DNA of 64,000 bases from a virus (taxonomy: Duplodnaviria > Caudoviricetes): the IMG/VR virus record IMGVR_UViG_645058824_000001, positions 1 through 64,000 of that record. The stretch is one strand, 5' to 3'. Made by a program: the position numbers and the translations under genes. The notes beneath the pieces were generated by a model. The model worked only from the letters and a program-made list of their open reading frames with translations. It was not told the origin of the DNA and made no database searches. How positions within the stretch are numbered: position 1 is the stretch's first letter; each line of letters opens with the position of its first letter. Below are positions 17,401 through 26,424 of the stretch, one piece after another.

Positions 17401-19334
17401 ACCGAACGAGCCCCGTCCTCCTGCGTCCTGGTGACGTTCCGCTGGGCTTCGGCGACGCGCTGCTGGGCTTCGGCGATGTCCCGCTGCGACTGCACCGCCT
17501 GCCGGGCCGCGTCCTCGCGGGCCTTCGCAAGCTGCTGCTGCCCCTTGGCGACGCCCTGTTCGGCTTGCCGCAGCCGCTCCTGCGCGTCCAGGACGAGGTC
17601 GGAGCCCTCGACGCCGGCCTTGTCCGCCTTCTTCTTCTCCGCCGACAGCCGCTTCGTCTCGGCACGCTGGTCGGCGAGGCGCTGCACCGCCTGGTCGTAG
17701 GCGAGCTGGGCGCGCTGCTGCTCCACATAGGAGGCGCTCTCGCCAGCCTCCCGCATACGGATCAGCCGGGTGTGGGCCTCCTGCACCGCGAGGACGGCGT
17801 CCCGCTCGGACAAGCTGGCGTTGGCGAGCCGGGACTCCAGATCCTCGAGCTGCCGGGCCGCGTCCGCGCGGGCCTGAGTGAGATCCTGCTGCGCCTGCCG
17901 GGCAGTCCTCTGCGCGTCGGCGAGGGACTCCTCCGCGCTACGCACCTGCTCCGCCGCACTACGCTGCCGGTCCGCGGCCTGCTGCACCGCATCCGCCAGC
18001 CCCCGCTTCGCCTGCTTGACCTGCTGCGCGGCCCGCTCGCTGGCCTCCGCGGCGTTCCGGACAGCGTCGGCGACGCCCTCCTCCGCCTGCCGGATCTGCC
18101 GCGCCGCATTCCGGTGCGCCGCAGCAAGAGACTGCTGCGCCCCCGCCATCTGCAGCGCCTTCTGTGCCCCCTGAGAGGCCGCCTGCCCGCCCTGCAGTGT
18201 CGCGTTCGTCGCCGCATCCTGCGCCGCCTTCTGCGCCTGCAAGACTTTCCCGATCTGCATAAACGCAGGCGCGGCGACCGCGGCGATCCCGCCGATGCCC
18301 ACGGCCGCAGCCGTCGCCGCCGCCGCGATCGCACCCAAACCAGCAGCCGCCACCGGCAGCACCGGCAGCAACGCCGGCCCGAGCGCGATCGCCGACGTGA
18401 TCAGCAGCTGCATGCCGGACACGCGGACGTTGAGGTTCGCCGTCCGCCCATCCAGCCCGCTCACCATCGCCTGCACCGCGGCCAGTTGTGCCGCCGCCGC
18501 GCCGGTGTCCACACGGACTGCGATGTCCGCGTCCGAGGCAGACAGCACCTGAAGGCGCGCCTGGATCGCTTCAATGCGGGCCGTCGCGGTCGCGGCGTCC
18601 ATGTCGACGCCGATCCGCACATCCCGCAGAGCCGTCAGCTGCGCCCGCAGCCGGGCAATCTCCACCTCGGCCGCAGACGAGTCCGCGGTCAGGTTGATGT
18701 TCGGGAGGCTCGCCTCCGCGGCCTGTACTTGGGCGCGTAGCCGCTGCCCGAAGGTTCCGTCAGTCTCCACCCGGATGCGGGCAGGGTCGCGGCTGATGTC
18801 GTCGATCTGCTGCTGCAGCAGCTGAAGCTGTGCGATCGCTGCCGCAGTGTCGGCGCGGACGGCCACGTTGGGGTGGGCGGCGCCGATCCGACGCAACCGC
18901 TCCTCGATATCCGCGGCCTGGGCGCGGGCGGTGGCCGCGTCAATGTCGATTCCGACGGTCTTCCCGGCCAGGGATTCCAGGCGGGCCCGCAGCCGGGCCA
19001 GATCGGCGTCGACGCCCGTGTCACTGAGACGAACGTCCAGCTTGGGCATCGACCGGAACGCGGCCTCCAGGCGGGCGCGCAGCGACCTGGCGAACGCACC
19101 GCCAGCCTGCTCCCCGCCCCGAGTCGCGGCAGGGCGGGCCGCACGAGCTCCGTCCTGGATGCCGTCCCGCACCGCGGGGGTGATGTTCGCGACGATCCGC
19201 TGGCCGATGATCCGGCCGACCTCGTCACCGATCGTCGACGCAGGCGGCACCAGCGCAGCCCGAAGCTGCGACTGGATACCGCGTGCGTTCGGGACGACAT
19301 CAACCTCGACGGAGCCAACGGAGATAGCAGGCAC
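14445..19334 (-). CDS. tape measure protein with C-terminal NlpC/P60-like domain
   Basis: 1629 aa Ala/Gln coiled coil, W..AIKPAF repeats, GKPYQWAG...WDCSGF. Confidence 0.95.
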   Translation of the reverse strand: MPAISVGSVEVDVVPNARGIQSQLRAALVPPASTIGDEVGRIIGQRIVANITPAVRDGIQDGARAARPAATRGGEQAGGAFARSLRARLEAAFRSMPKLDVRLSDTGVDADLARLRARLESLAGKTVGIDIDAATARAQAADIEERLRRIGAAHPNVAVRADTAAAIAQLQLLQQQIDDISRDPARIRVETDGTFGQRLRAQVQAAEASLPNINLTADSSAAEVEIARLRAQLTALRDVRIGVDMDAATATARIEAIQARLQVLSASDADIAVRVDTGAAAAQLAAVQAMVSGLDGRTANLNVRVSGMQLLITSAIALGPALLPVLPVAAAGLGAIAAAATAAAVGIGGIAAVAAPAFMQIGKVLQAQKAAQDAATNATLQGGQAASQGAQKALQMAGAQQSLAAAHRNAARQIRQAEEGVADAVRNAAEASERAAQQVKQAKRGLADAVQQAADRQRSAAEQVRSAEESLADAQRTARQAQQDLTQARADAARQLEDLESRLANASLSERDAVLAVQEAHTRLIRMREAGESASYVEQQRAQLAYDQAVQRLADQRAETKRLSAEKKKADKAGVEGSDLVLDAQERLRQAEQGVAKGQQQLAKAREDAARQAVQSQRDIAEAQQRVAEAQRNVTRTQEDGARSVARAQEQLAQAQQSAADSIASAQRQIASASLSAAGGVDQAALAQQKYQAELAKLTPAARETMAAYTGLRDAFGAWSKSLQPAVMPIFTRALNGLKNSLPGLTPFVLEAADAIKGLQDRASAGFKSPWWKEFKQDLEGSIKPAIEGLGVSFGNIFKGMAGVVQAFFPHMDSISQRMQDITGRFANWGTSLKGSPEFERFLSYSSEMGPVLADTFGKIGTALMDIGQALKPVSKPLLELIGKFAEGLSHIATYLPEVVLGLWGLLVVTRLWRIALFLASGAMAAFNLISMAGPWGWIALAIAGVVLAVIYLYRRFSWFRDAVQAVWAAIQAGAMWLWNNALKPAFNGISAALQTVGRWAMWLWNNAIKPAFNGIVFLGKILLTALVTIVFLPLYAAFKLIGWIAKWLWNNAIKPAFDAIAAAAMWLWNNAFKPAFQWIGDKAKWLWNNAIKPAWNGIQAGAKWMWNNVLRPIFRAFVDGLKTVGGWGKWLWQKAIKPAWDGIVAAGKWAWEKGIKPIFDGWKRIIRSLKGTFDTAVENIKTAWDKVKDVAKKPIQFVVDTVYNKGIVAVWNKVAGAFGAPKLEKYKFASGGIMPGYTPGRDVHRFVSPTGGRLELSGGEAIMRPEWTRAVGSGFVNTMNKVARSRGSQGVKAALAPVFAGNPRTPTDTSLRYSSGGVVQSFADGGIFGWIKDKASDAVGAGSAAWNKIKEGASWLKDGLEASARAGVKHVVDPLLAKFPGMDTSFGRMIRKIPDRILDALFGYTKEADKRGAGGIGGPRIAAALKWAKTQHGKPYQWAGNGNPSWDCSGFMSAIESVIRGQKPHRRWATMAFQGKTAPPGWVKNGKSAFRVGITNAGVGHTAGTLGKTNVESRGGDGVVVGSRARGYNDRMFTDWYGFMPGKYDSGGYLQPGLNLAYNGTGRPEPVFTTSQANALTSLAARGVSGGPARFEGDLFLDSGEFLGRVRGEATAVMQQGQQQLIQVLNSS

Positions 19335-19355
19335 TGAGAGCCTCCTCCCAGCGCC

Positions 19356-19811
19356 CTATGCGGCGCCCCCTTGCAGCAGCTCAAACAGCCGGTTTGCGGA
19401 CTTGTCGGTGAGCTGCGCCCTCGTCTTCTTCGGGCCCGCACCGGGCCGGCGCATCGGCTCCGGCGGATCCGGCCGCTGCGACTTCTTCTCGGTGTTGACG
19501 CAGATCAGCACCCACTCCAGGCGGCGCACCGCGTCGTACAGGGCGGCGGTGAGCTGCTCCTGCTGCGACCAACGGCCCTTCTCCGGCTCACCCTTGTCCG
19601 CCTGCTCCGCAAGCTGGAGCGGGGTGAGCTCGTTCCGGAGGGCGGTCATCGTGTGCGACTCGGGCGGCAGATGCTCGATGATCACGCGCAGCCACCGCCA
19701 CGACCGGCGCCCCGACAGCACATCAGCGATGTCGTAGTGCCGGTCGATCAGGTCCGCCTCTAGCGCCTCCGGGTGCTTCCGCCAGAGCGCGATCGTGCCC
19801 TGGACTTTCCC
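19356..19811 (-). CDS. tail assembly chaperone, frameshifted C-terminal (T) segment
   Basis: Open -1 frame starting at the slippery site; no obvious start/RBS of its own. Confidence 0.8.
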   Translation of the reverse strand, partial: GKVQGTIALWRKHPEALEADLIDRHYDIADVLSGRRSWRWLRVIIEHLPPESHTMTALRNELTPLQLAEQADKGEPEKGRWSQQEQLTAALYDAVRRLEWVLICVNTEKKSQRPDPPEPMRRPGAGPKKTRAQLTDKSANRLFELLQGGAA

Positions 19812-20191
19812 AGCGGCTCCCCCGACCGGTCGCCAGCCTCCGCGACGAACGCCTCGAACTCCGCGTTCGTCGGATCGACCTCGACGAAAAAGTCGTAGTC
19901 CTCCGGGTGCAGCACCTTCTCGGCGAAGGCGTACAGCTGCCCGTTGGCCAGGAGGCTCTGCCACGAGATGCGCCACATCGACGGCGGGAGAACCTGCACC
20001 TCTTCGCCGCACAGCGTGGCGGTGACGTAGCCCTCGGCCTCGATCTCCTGCGCCTCAGCGGCGGACACTTCGGTGTCCTCGGTCTCCGGCTCGACGTCCG
20101 GCTCCTCGCGGCGCGTGGGCCGGGTCGCGGCGCGCGAGGCGCTGCGGGGCTTCCTGCTCGTGCTGTTGGTCGTGCTGCGCGTACTGGCCAC
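19760..20191 (-). CDS. tail assembly chaperone (G)
   Basis: Between tail tube and TMP; GGAG RBS. Confidence 0.85.
   Translation of the reverse strand: MASTRSTTNSTSRKPRSASRAATRPTRREEPDVEPETEDTEVSAAEAQEIEAEGYVTATLCGEEVQVLPPSMWRISWQSLLANGQLYAFAEKVLHPEDYDFFVEVDPTNAEFEAFVAEAGDRSGEPLGKSRARSRSGGSTRRR
19805..19811 (-). other. programmed -1 frameshift site GGGAAAG
   Basis: CTG GGA AAG to GGG AAA GTC; same heptamer as lambda G-T. Confidence 0.85.
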
Positions 20192-20294
20192 GGCGCGGGC
20201 TCCTCACTCTCGTGGCGCGGGCAAAGGTAGAGGTGGACGGGCCGGGCCCGCGCCAACGGTGACACCAGTGGTGTCGACGGCCCGTCCACCCGTC

Positions 20295-20882
20295 TCAGGA
20301 CCCCGTGTAGTCCGAGGTCTCCGGCACCCGGTCGAAGTGGTACACGGTGTTGCCCGCCTCGTCGGGGTACGCGGTGATCGTCCACTCGTAGGCGATCGCT
20401 TCGTCCTGCTTGTTGGTCACGTCACTGCGCTCGGTGATCTCGCCCTGCGGGACGTAGAAGCCCCGCTGGAAGTTGTCGCCGTCCAGGACGACGAACCACC
20501 AAGCGCGACGGTCCGGGGCCGGGGACGCGGTCTCCGCGTAGGTCGTCAGACCGGCGGTCGGCTGCAGGTCCGCGACGTCCAGCCGGTACTGCAGCGACTG
20601 CACCGTGGTACGGGCCGTCTCCCACGCCGTCAGCGAGAACGTCCGCAGCGACGACGTGATCGTGGTGCGGATCGGCGCCGTGAACCCCCACGGGGTGAAG
20701 CTCTCGGAGTCTTCGTCGAAGCCCTGGACCAGGCCGTCGTCGCTGATCGCACCGAGCGGCGCCCACGGGGCCAGCGGCTGGATCTCCGGGTCCCCCGGCG
20801 AAGTCGTGCCCAGCGGAGCGACCCACGCCCCGCCGTTCGCTCCGATGCCCAGCAAGTCCGCTGCGCGGGTGATCTGAACCAT
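20295..20882 (-). CDS. major tail (tube) protein
   Basis: WVAPLGT...LGAISDDG...TPWG; ends in Ser (SDYTGS*). Confidence 0.88.
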   Translation of the reverse strand: MVQITRAADLLGIGANGGAWVAPLGTTSPGDPEIQPLAPWAPLGAISDDGLVQGFDEDSESFTPWGFTAPIRTTITSSLRTFSLTAWETARTTVQSLQYRLDVADLQPTAGLTTYAETASPAPDRRAWWFVVLDGDNFQRGFYVPQGEITERSDVTNKQDEAIAYEWTITAYPDEAGNTVYHFDRVPETSDYTGS

Positions 20883-20957
20883 GATGTCTCCAGACATGCG
20901 TGAAGCCCGCGCACGGGCGGGAACTGATGGGGCACGGCGCGGGCCCAAAACCGGTCG

Positions 20958-21338
20958 TCAGGAGACCGGGTGGAAATAGATCTCGTAGGTAGCGCCCATA
21001 CGGCGCAGGGAGGGATTCTCGTAAGGCCGCCAGGCGGGCGCCGAGATCGTCGCCACCCGACCGAAGACGGCCTTAGCGGTCTGGACACCGCGCAGGCGCT
21101 CGACCAATTCGTGACGTGTCCGACGAGCCAGCAGCGAAGCGCCGGCCCGGTCTGCGGCATAGCTGTCGACTGTGACGAGGGCGCGGTCCAGGCGGATGCC
21201 GTCGTCCTCGCCGCCGATCCGCTGCACTTGGTTGACCGGCAGCACCTCAAGCAACTTGGCTGGCAGGTCGGTGACGTGCCGCACGTTGAGGGCCGCGTTG
21301 AGGCGTGCGATCAGCTCGACCTCGATGTCCGGCCACAT
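20958..21338 (-). CDS. tail terminator protein
   Basis: Position and size; VQRIGG.D...ALVTVDSYA. Confidence 0.75.
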   Translation of the reverse strand: MWPDIEVELIARLNAALNVRHVTDLPAKLLEVLPVNQVQRIGGEDDGIRLDRALVTVDSYAADRAGASLLARRTRHELVERLRGVQTAKAVFGRVATISAPAWRPYENPSLRRMGATYEIYFHPVS

Positions 21339-21664
21339 CAGTTCGACCCACCCGTCTGTGCCGCCCGCAGCAGGACATGGTGGGCGGGGACGCGTTCGGT
21401 TCCGTACTCCACCCAGCGGGCGTAGTAGGCGGTGTTGCGGACGTAGGCCACGGCACGATCCCGGCGACGGCCGCCACGGGCAGTGCTGTCCGTCTCCCAG
21501 CTCGCCTTGTAGTGGCCCGGGTCAGGGCTGTTCTCGTCGACGGGTGACGTTGCTTGGGCGATCGTCTTGATGCGTTCGGCCCGGCGCAGCATCTCCGCCT
21601 GCATGCCCGGCATCCGCAGCATCTGCCCGATGCCCTTCCGCTTCACCCTGAATCTGGCAGCCAT
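21338..21664 (-). CDS. HK97 gp10-like neck protein
   Basis: SPVD...GHYKASW...YARWVEYGT. Confidence 0.8.
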   Translation of the reverse strand: MAARFRVKRKGIGQMLRMPGMQAEMLRRAERIKTIAQATSPVDENSPDPGHYKASWETDSTARGGRRRDRAVAYVRNTAYYARWVEYGTERVPAHHVLLRAAQTGGSN

Positions 21665-21676
21665 GACTCCTGCCTC

Positions 21677-22027
21677 CTATCCAGTGACGAGCTCGAGAGC
21701 GGCAACGACAGGACCGGCCGAGCCAGTGAACGGGGACCGGAACGAGCCCGGCAGCCCCTCGACCTCGTACAGCTCCCCACCTACGCGGACCCGGTCGGTT
21801 GCCCGGATGTCGGTGCCGTAGGGGGCGTACAGGATGAGGCCTGTGATGACGGTGTCGCGTGCATCGGTGAGCTCGGTGGATGCCCCTGCGCCTCCCCGGG
21901 GGGCGATGGCGCAGCCGGGCACCGGGATCTCGACGGGAGGACCCGGTTTGTCGTTGCCGTACTCGTCCTGTGTCGACGGGCCGGGACGGACGATGGTGAC
22001 GGCGTCACCGTGCGGCAGCTCGCGCAC
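21677..22027 (-). CDS. head-closure (stopper) protein
   Basis: QDEYGND...LYAPYGTDIRATDRVRVGGELYEVEG. Confidence 0.8.
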   Translation of the reverse strand: MRELPHGDAVTIVRPGPSTQDEYGNDKPGPPVEIPVPGCAIAPRGGAGASTELTDARDTVITGLILYAPYGTDIRATDRVRVGGELYEVEGLPGSFRSPFTGSAGPVVAALELVTG

Positions 22028-23024
22028 CGGCCACCTCCTCCACCGCGGTGCACCACGCGTCCAGATCCTGAGCGGGATCGAGTTCGGCGCTGCGAGCCCG
22101 TGCACGCTTGGAGGCGAGCCGGTACTCGGCCGCGTCCGTCAGGAGCCGTTGCAGAGCCGTCACCCAGGCCTCGGTGTCGTTGCGGTCGACGAAGATGCCG
22201 GCCTCACCGAGGGATTCGCACAGGCCGCGGGTTGGGTGAGCCAGCACCGGAATGCCGGACGCCATGGCCTCCACGCCGGTGCGACCCCACGATTCGTACC
22301 GTGACGGCATGAGCAGCACGCGGGTTCGGCGGTAGACCTTGGCGGCCATCTCGTCACCGGGCACATGGCCGACGATCTCCACGTTCGGCAGGTCCGGCAG
22401 GAGCTGCTCTCCGTAGGCGCCTTCCACCGCGAGGAACTGCTGATCGGGCATCCGCTGCGCCAGTTCGGCGAGTAGCCGACCGCCCTTGTCCTCGTTGCAG
22501 TTGATGAGCGTCACGGCCTGGCCCGGTTTCGTCGCGTACCGCTTCGCGTGCACCGGCGGGCGCACGACCAGGGTTCGTTGCGGCTTGACGCCAGCCGGGA
22601 ACTCGGCGAAGAACAGGTCTGCTTCGCTGCTCATCCACTGCGAGTTGTAGACGGCCAGAGCGGTCGCCCCGGACGCCACGTCCCGCAGGGTCGGACGGTG
22701 GTCGTTGTGGCAGACCACCACCATCGGCTTCCCGAACCCGCGGGCGAGCGCCGCCGTAGTGGGCACGCACTCCAGGTGAGAAACGAGGACGTCCGCCCGG
22801 CGAGCCTGGGACGGGAAGTCCAGGCGAGCCGTCGACGGCACCACCCGGATGCCGTCGTACTCGTAGACGTCGACCGCCCTGGCCCGCCGCGACAGCCACA
22901 CCTCCACGTCGTGCCCCCGCGCTGCCAGGGCCTGGAGCATGCAGGCGAGCATGTGCTCGGCACCGGCGTTGTGTTCGGGAGGCATCGCGTGGACGCGGGC
23001 CACGATCCGCAGGGGCTTGCTCAT
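22005..23024 (-). CDS. GT-B (family 4-like) glycosyltransferase B
   Basis: HAMPPEHNAGAE, LAARGHDVEV, donor motif ESWGRTGVEAMASGIPVLA. Confidence 0.92.
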   Translation of the reverse strand: MSKPLRIVARVHAMPPEHNAGAEHMLACMLQALAARGHDVEVWLSRRARAVDVYEYDGIRVVPSTARLDFPSQARRADVLVSHLECVPTTAALARGFGKPMVVVCHNDHRPTLRDVASGATALAVYNSQWMSSEADLFFAEFPAGVKPQRTLVVRPPVHAKRYATKPGQAVTLINCNEDKGGRLLAELAQRMPDQQFLAVEGAYGEQLLPDLPNVEIVGHVPGDEMAAKVYRRTRVLLMPSRYESWGRTGVEAMASGIPVLAHPTRGLCESLGEAGIFVDRNDTEAWVTALQRLLTDAAEYRLASKRARARSAELDPAQDLDAWCTAVEEVAGARAAAR

Positions 23025-23653
23025 CGCCACCTCGCCATCGTCATCCCGGCCTTGCGCCGGTAGCCGGCGAGTTCGAGCATGCGCCGGTCGTCGTCGGTCA
23101 TCGTGACCGCGGTCCCGACCCCTGACCCGTCTGTGCGGTAGCTGTAGGGGCCGATCGTCTCTCCGGTGACGCCTCCTGCCATGGTGGGCGAGGTCAGGGT
23201 GCGCAGTGCCATGCGGGCCACCACGGCGACGACGTCAGCGGGTACCTCGGCTGCGCCGTGGCTGTAGGTCACCCGGTAGGTGCCGGGGTAGGACTCGTAT
23301 TCCTCGTCGGCCCAGAGTTCCGGCAGGTTGATGGCGGGGCTCTCCGGCGCCGTGCGAATGGTGTCGATGCCGTCCCAACGCCAGCCGACCACGGGCAGGT
23401 CGGGAGCGCCGCCCGCGCCCACGGCCACAACAGCGGTGACACCCAGGACGGGCGTCTGAGGGAGACGGATCTCTCCTTGCTGGGCGCGCACGACGACGGT
23501 GTCGTCGTCGGTGCGGCTGAAGGTTCGGCCCGTGTAGGACCGGACGAGCGCCGAGGCGTCCGCGAGTAGCGCTTGGGCTCTGGTTTCTTCCTGCGCCGTC
23601 AGGGGGCGTCCGAGCCGGTCTTGGAGATCGGTGACGCTAGCGAGGGGTTCCAC
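23021..23653 (-). CDS. head-to-tail adaptor
   Basis: LASVTDLQDRLGR...LLADASALVR...VTYSHG...ETIGPYSY. Confidence 0.85.
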   Translation of the reverse strand: MEPLASVTDLQDRLGRPLTAQEETRAQALLADASALVRSYTGRTFSRTDDDTVVVRAQQGEIRLPQTPVLGVTAVVAVGAGGAPDLPVVGWRWDGIDTIRTAPESPAINLPELWADEEYESYPGTYRVTYSHGAAEVPADVVAVVARMALRTLTSPTMAGGVTGETIGPYSYRTDGSGVGTAVTMTDDDRRMLELAGYRRKAGMTMARWR

Positions 23654-24650
23654 GCTTGACCACTCCCTCCATGGCCGTGCACCAGGCGTCGAGCTCGGTT
23701 GCTGGATCGAGCGCTGTGGCGCGGCCCGTCGATGCCTTCGATGCCTGCTTGTAGACGGAAGGTGCGGACAGCCGTCGGATGGCGTCCTCCCACGCGTCCA
23801 GGTCGTCGCGGTCGCAGAAGGTTCCCGCCTCGGCGAGTGCCTCCGTGAGGCCGGGCGTCGGATGCGCGATCACGGGGATCCCAGAGCACATGGCCTCTGC
23901 CGCGACACGGCCATAGGACTCGTACACCGACGGCACGAGAAGGAGCTTGGTGCGGGCGTACACGTCTTTCGCCATGCGGTTGCCGGGCGTGTGCGGCATG
24001 ATCTCCACGTTCGGCAGGTCATCGCGGATGATCTGCTGCCCGTAGCCGCCGACCACGCCCAGGAACTTGCGGCGCGGCATCCGCTCCGCCAGAGCGTAGA
24101 AGACCTCCGCGCCCTTCTCCGCTGTGAGGTTGATCAGTGTGATCCGGTCCCCGGGAGTCGCCCGGTAGTCGTCCACGGCCACCGGAGGGTGCACCGTGAT
24201 ACCCCACGGCATCGGACGATCTCCCCGGTGAACCCGCCACCAGGCTTCCGCGTCCGCCCTCATCCACGCCGTGTTGTACACCACCAGCGTGGGTGAGCCC
24301 TTCACCAGCCACGCCTTCGACTTCTCGAAGGTGTTGTGCAGCAGGTGCACGACCGGGATGCGGTGCAGCTCTCCCAGCACGGACGCCCGGGGTGTGTTCT
24401 CCAGATGGGTCACGATCGCCTGCGCGCGGCTGGCGCCCCGCAGCCACGGCCCGGGGTCGCTCTTGCCGCGGTACGGGTGCACGCGAACACCGTCGATCTC
24501 GTAGGCGTTCTCCGCCGCCGCAGGCTGCGACAGCAGGACATCCACGTCGTGGCCGCGCGCAGCGAGTTCCCGCAGCAGGCTGTGAGCCGCCCACTCAGCT
24601 CCAGCGTTGTGCGCTGGAGGGTAGGCGTGCAGCATCGCCAAGACCCGCAC
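23637..24650 (-). CDS. GT-B (family 4-like) glycosyltransferase A
   Basis: HAYPPAHNAGAE, LAARGHDVDV, ESYGRVAAEAMCSGIPVIA; GGAG RBS before the GTG. Confidence 0.92.
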   Translation of the reverse strand: MRVLAMLHAYPPAHNAGAEWAAHSLLRELAARGHDVDVLLSQPAAAENAYEIDGVRVHPYRGKSDPGPWLRGASRAQAIVTHLENTPRASVLGELHRIPVVHLLHNTFEKSKAWLVKGSPTLVVYNTAWMRADAEAWWRVHRGDRPMPWGITVHPPVAVDDYRATPGDRITLINLTAEKGAEVFYALAERMPRRKFLGVVGGYGQQIIRDDLPNVEIMPHTPGNRMAKDVYARTKLLLVPSVYESYGRVAAEAMCSGIPVIAHPTPGLTEALAEAGTFCDRDDLDAWEDAIRRLSAPSVYKQASKASTGRATALDPATELDAWCTAMEGVVKRGTPR

Positions 24651-24706
24651 AAGGACTCCGATCTGCGCCTGGCCGACAGCCGGATGGGCTGCCGGCCAGG
24701 CCCGGG

Positions 24707-25654
24707 TCAGGACGCGGCCGTGGTCGTCTGCACCGCGGCGAACGGGGACCGGGTCGCCGCGGTGGTGTTGAGGCGGGTCGCCGGGTTGGCCGTGGCGAAC
24801 GCCACCCGCATCACCACGCGCATGGCGACGGAGTCCTGCTGCATCAGGTTGAGGACGACCTTGCCGTCGTCGTCGGAGATGACGCCCTCGGTGAACAGCT
24901 TGAAGCTGATGTCCTGGCGCACGCCGACGATCGCCTTCGACCAGTCGCCCATCAGCAGCTCGGCCTCGGACATGTCCCAGGCGCCGTTGGTGAGCTCCGA
25001 CATCGGGTAGCCGTACAGCGTGCCGCCCAGGCCGCCCTGCAGGTTCGGCTGGTAGATCGGCACACCCTGCTCGGACCGCATGGTGTTGAGCTTCCACGTC
25101 AGGCCGGGCCGGCTGATGAACCCGTTGACGGCGAAGCCGTCCGCGGCGACCTTCCCGGCGGCCTCCGCGACGTCGACGGCGAAGTCGACGCCGGTGCCGG
25201 AGATGACGGTGTTGCCCGCCGCGACCGCGGACTGGTAGACGGCGGCCGGCCACGTGGACGGCTTGTCCAGGCCGAAGAGACCCGCGGCGTCGAGCTTGGC
25301 GCCGATGGCCTCCACGAGCCGGGGGCGGACCTCGTTCCAGATGGGCATCTGGGCGTCGTCGAGGTACGCCTCGGGGATCGGGACGATCGCGGCGATCTCC
25401 TCGGCGACGAGGTCGACGTTCTTCCAGTCCTGCGCCGTCGTCTGCTTCAGGCCGGTGTCGCCGCCCACGAAGTACGCCAGCGGCAGCACGTCGAGGACGG
25501 GCTGGCGCTGCGTCTTGGACGACATCGGCACCCGGCGGGCGCGCTGCAGCAGCGCCGAAGCGCCCGGCAGCTCCTGGATGATCTCCGCGGACACCGGCTC
25601 CGGAACGAGCGGGTCGTTGCTGGCGTCCCGGCTGATGAGCGAGTTGAAAGGCAC
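24707..25654 (-). CDS. major capsid protein (HK97 fold)
   Basis: LVPEPVSAEIIQEL, IAAIVPIPEAYLDD, LLMGDWS, NLMQQDSVAMR; ends in Ser (TTTAAS*). Confidence 0.93.
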   Translation of the reverse strand: MPFNSLISRDASNDPLVPEPVSAEIIQELPGASALLQRARRVPMSSKTQRQPVLDVLPLAYFVGGDTGLKQTTAQDWKNVDLVAEEIAAIVPIPEAYLDDAQMPIWNEVRPRLVEAIGAKLDAAGLFGLDKPSTWPAAVYQSAVAAGNTVISGTGVDFAVDVAEAAGKVAADGFAVNGFISRPGLTWKLNTMRSEQGVPIYQPNLQGGLGGTLYGYPMSELTNGAWDMSEAELLMGDWSKAIVGVRQDISFKLFTEGVISDDDGKVVLNLMQQDSVAMRVVMRVAFATANPATRLNTTAATRSPFAAVQTTTAAS

Positions 25655-25723
25655 GGGGTCTCCCTTCGAGAATGCAGCGACCCCGGCCCCGTGCGGGTGA
25701 TTCCGGTGCTGCGGTGAACGTGG

Positions 25724-26311
25724 TTAGCGGCCGGCCAGGCGCCGGATCCATTCGTCCGGGCTGGCCGTGGCCGACCCGGACGCCGTTGCGGCACCCGGGG
25801 TGAGGGCCTCGACGGGCCGCTGCGAGGCGGGAGCGGCAGCCGGCGCAGATGCCTTGAGTCGCTCGGCGAGCACCTCCGCGCGGGCGTTGATCTCGTCTGC
25901 GCTGCCGGAGCCGAGCAGGTCGATCAGGTCCGGCGGGATGTTGTGCGTGGCCGCGGCCATCAGGCGGGCGTTCGTGGCCTGCAGGTCGTTGAGCTGGCGC
26001 TCCGCCGCTTCCTTGGCGTCGAGGAGCTTCTGCTGCTCGGTCTTCTGCGACTCCTGCCACTGCTGGTACTCAGTCAGCTGCGGTTCGGCCTCGCGGTACT
26101 TCGTGCGCCAGCTCGCCGACTCCCTGCGGAGCTTCTCGATCTCCTTGCGGGCCGCCTCGGGGTCCGCCCACGGGTCCGCGCCCTGGGACTGCTGGTTTGC
26201 CGAGGTGTCCTGCGTTCCACCGCCGGGCTGTACGTCCGGCTGCTGCGCGATGTCGGTGGTGCTGACGTCAGACTGTCCTGCAGCCTGCGTGGTGTCGGCC
26301 GTGTCCTGCAC
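25724..26311 (-). CDS. scaffolding protein
   Basis: Acidic N-terminus, coiled coil EIEKLRRESASWRTK; upstream of the MCP. Confidence 0.85.
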   Translation of the reverse strand: MQDTADTTQAAGQSDVSTTDIAQQPDVQPGGGTQDTSANQQSQGADPWADPEAARKEIEKLRRESASWRTKYREAEPQLTEYQQWQESQKTEQQKLLDAKEAAERQLNDLQATNARLMAAATHNIPPDLIDLLGSGSADEINARAEVLAERLKASAPAAAPASQRPVEALTPGAATASGSATASPDEWIRRLAGR

Positions 26312-26424
26312 GGTCCCTCCTCGTTCTGAGCATGAGAAAGGGCCGTGTCCAGCACGGCCCCCGGATCCCGCAGAAGCGGGCGATATTCGGTTAGCTGACG
26401 CCACCAGGACGCCAGAGCTTGAGA

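Noticed and set aside
24651-26060. 807-aa version of glycosyltransferase A
   Set aside because: The extension overlaps the capsid and scaffold genes; a GTG at 24650 with GGAG RBS matches the paralogue's N-terminus
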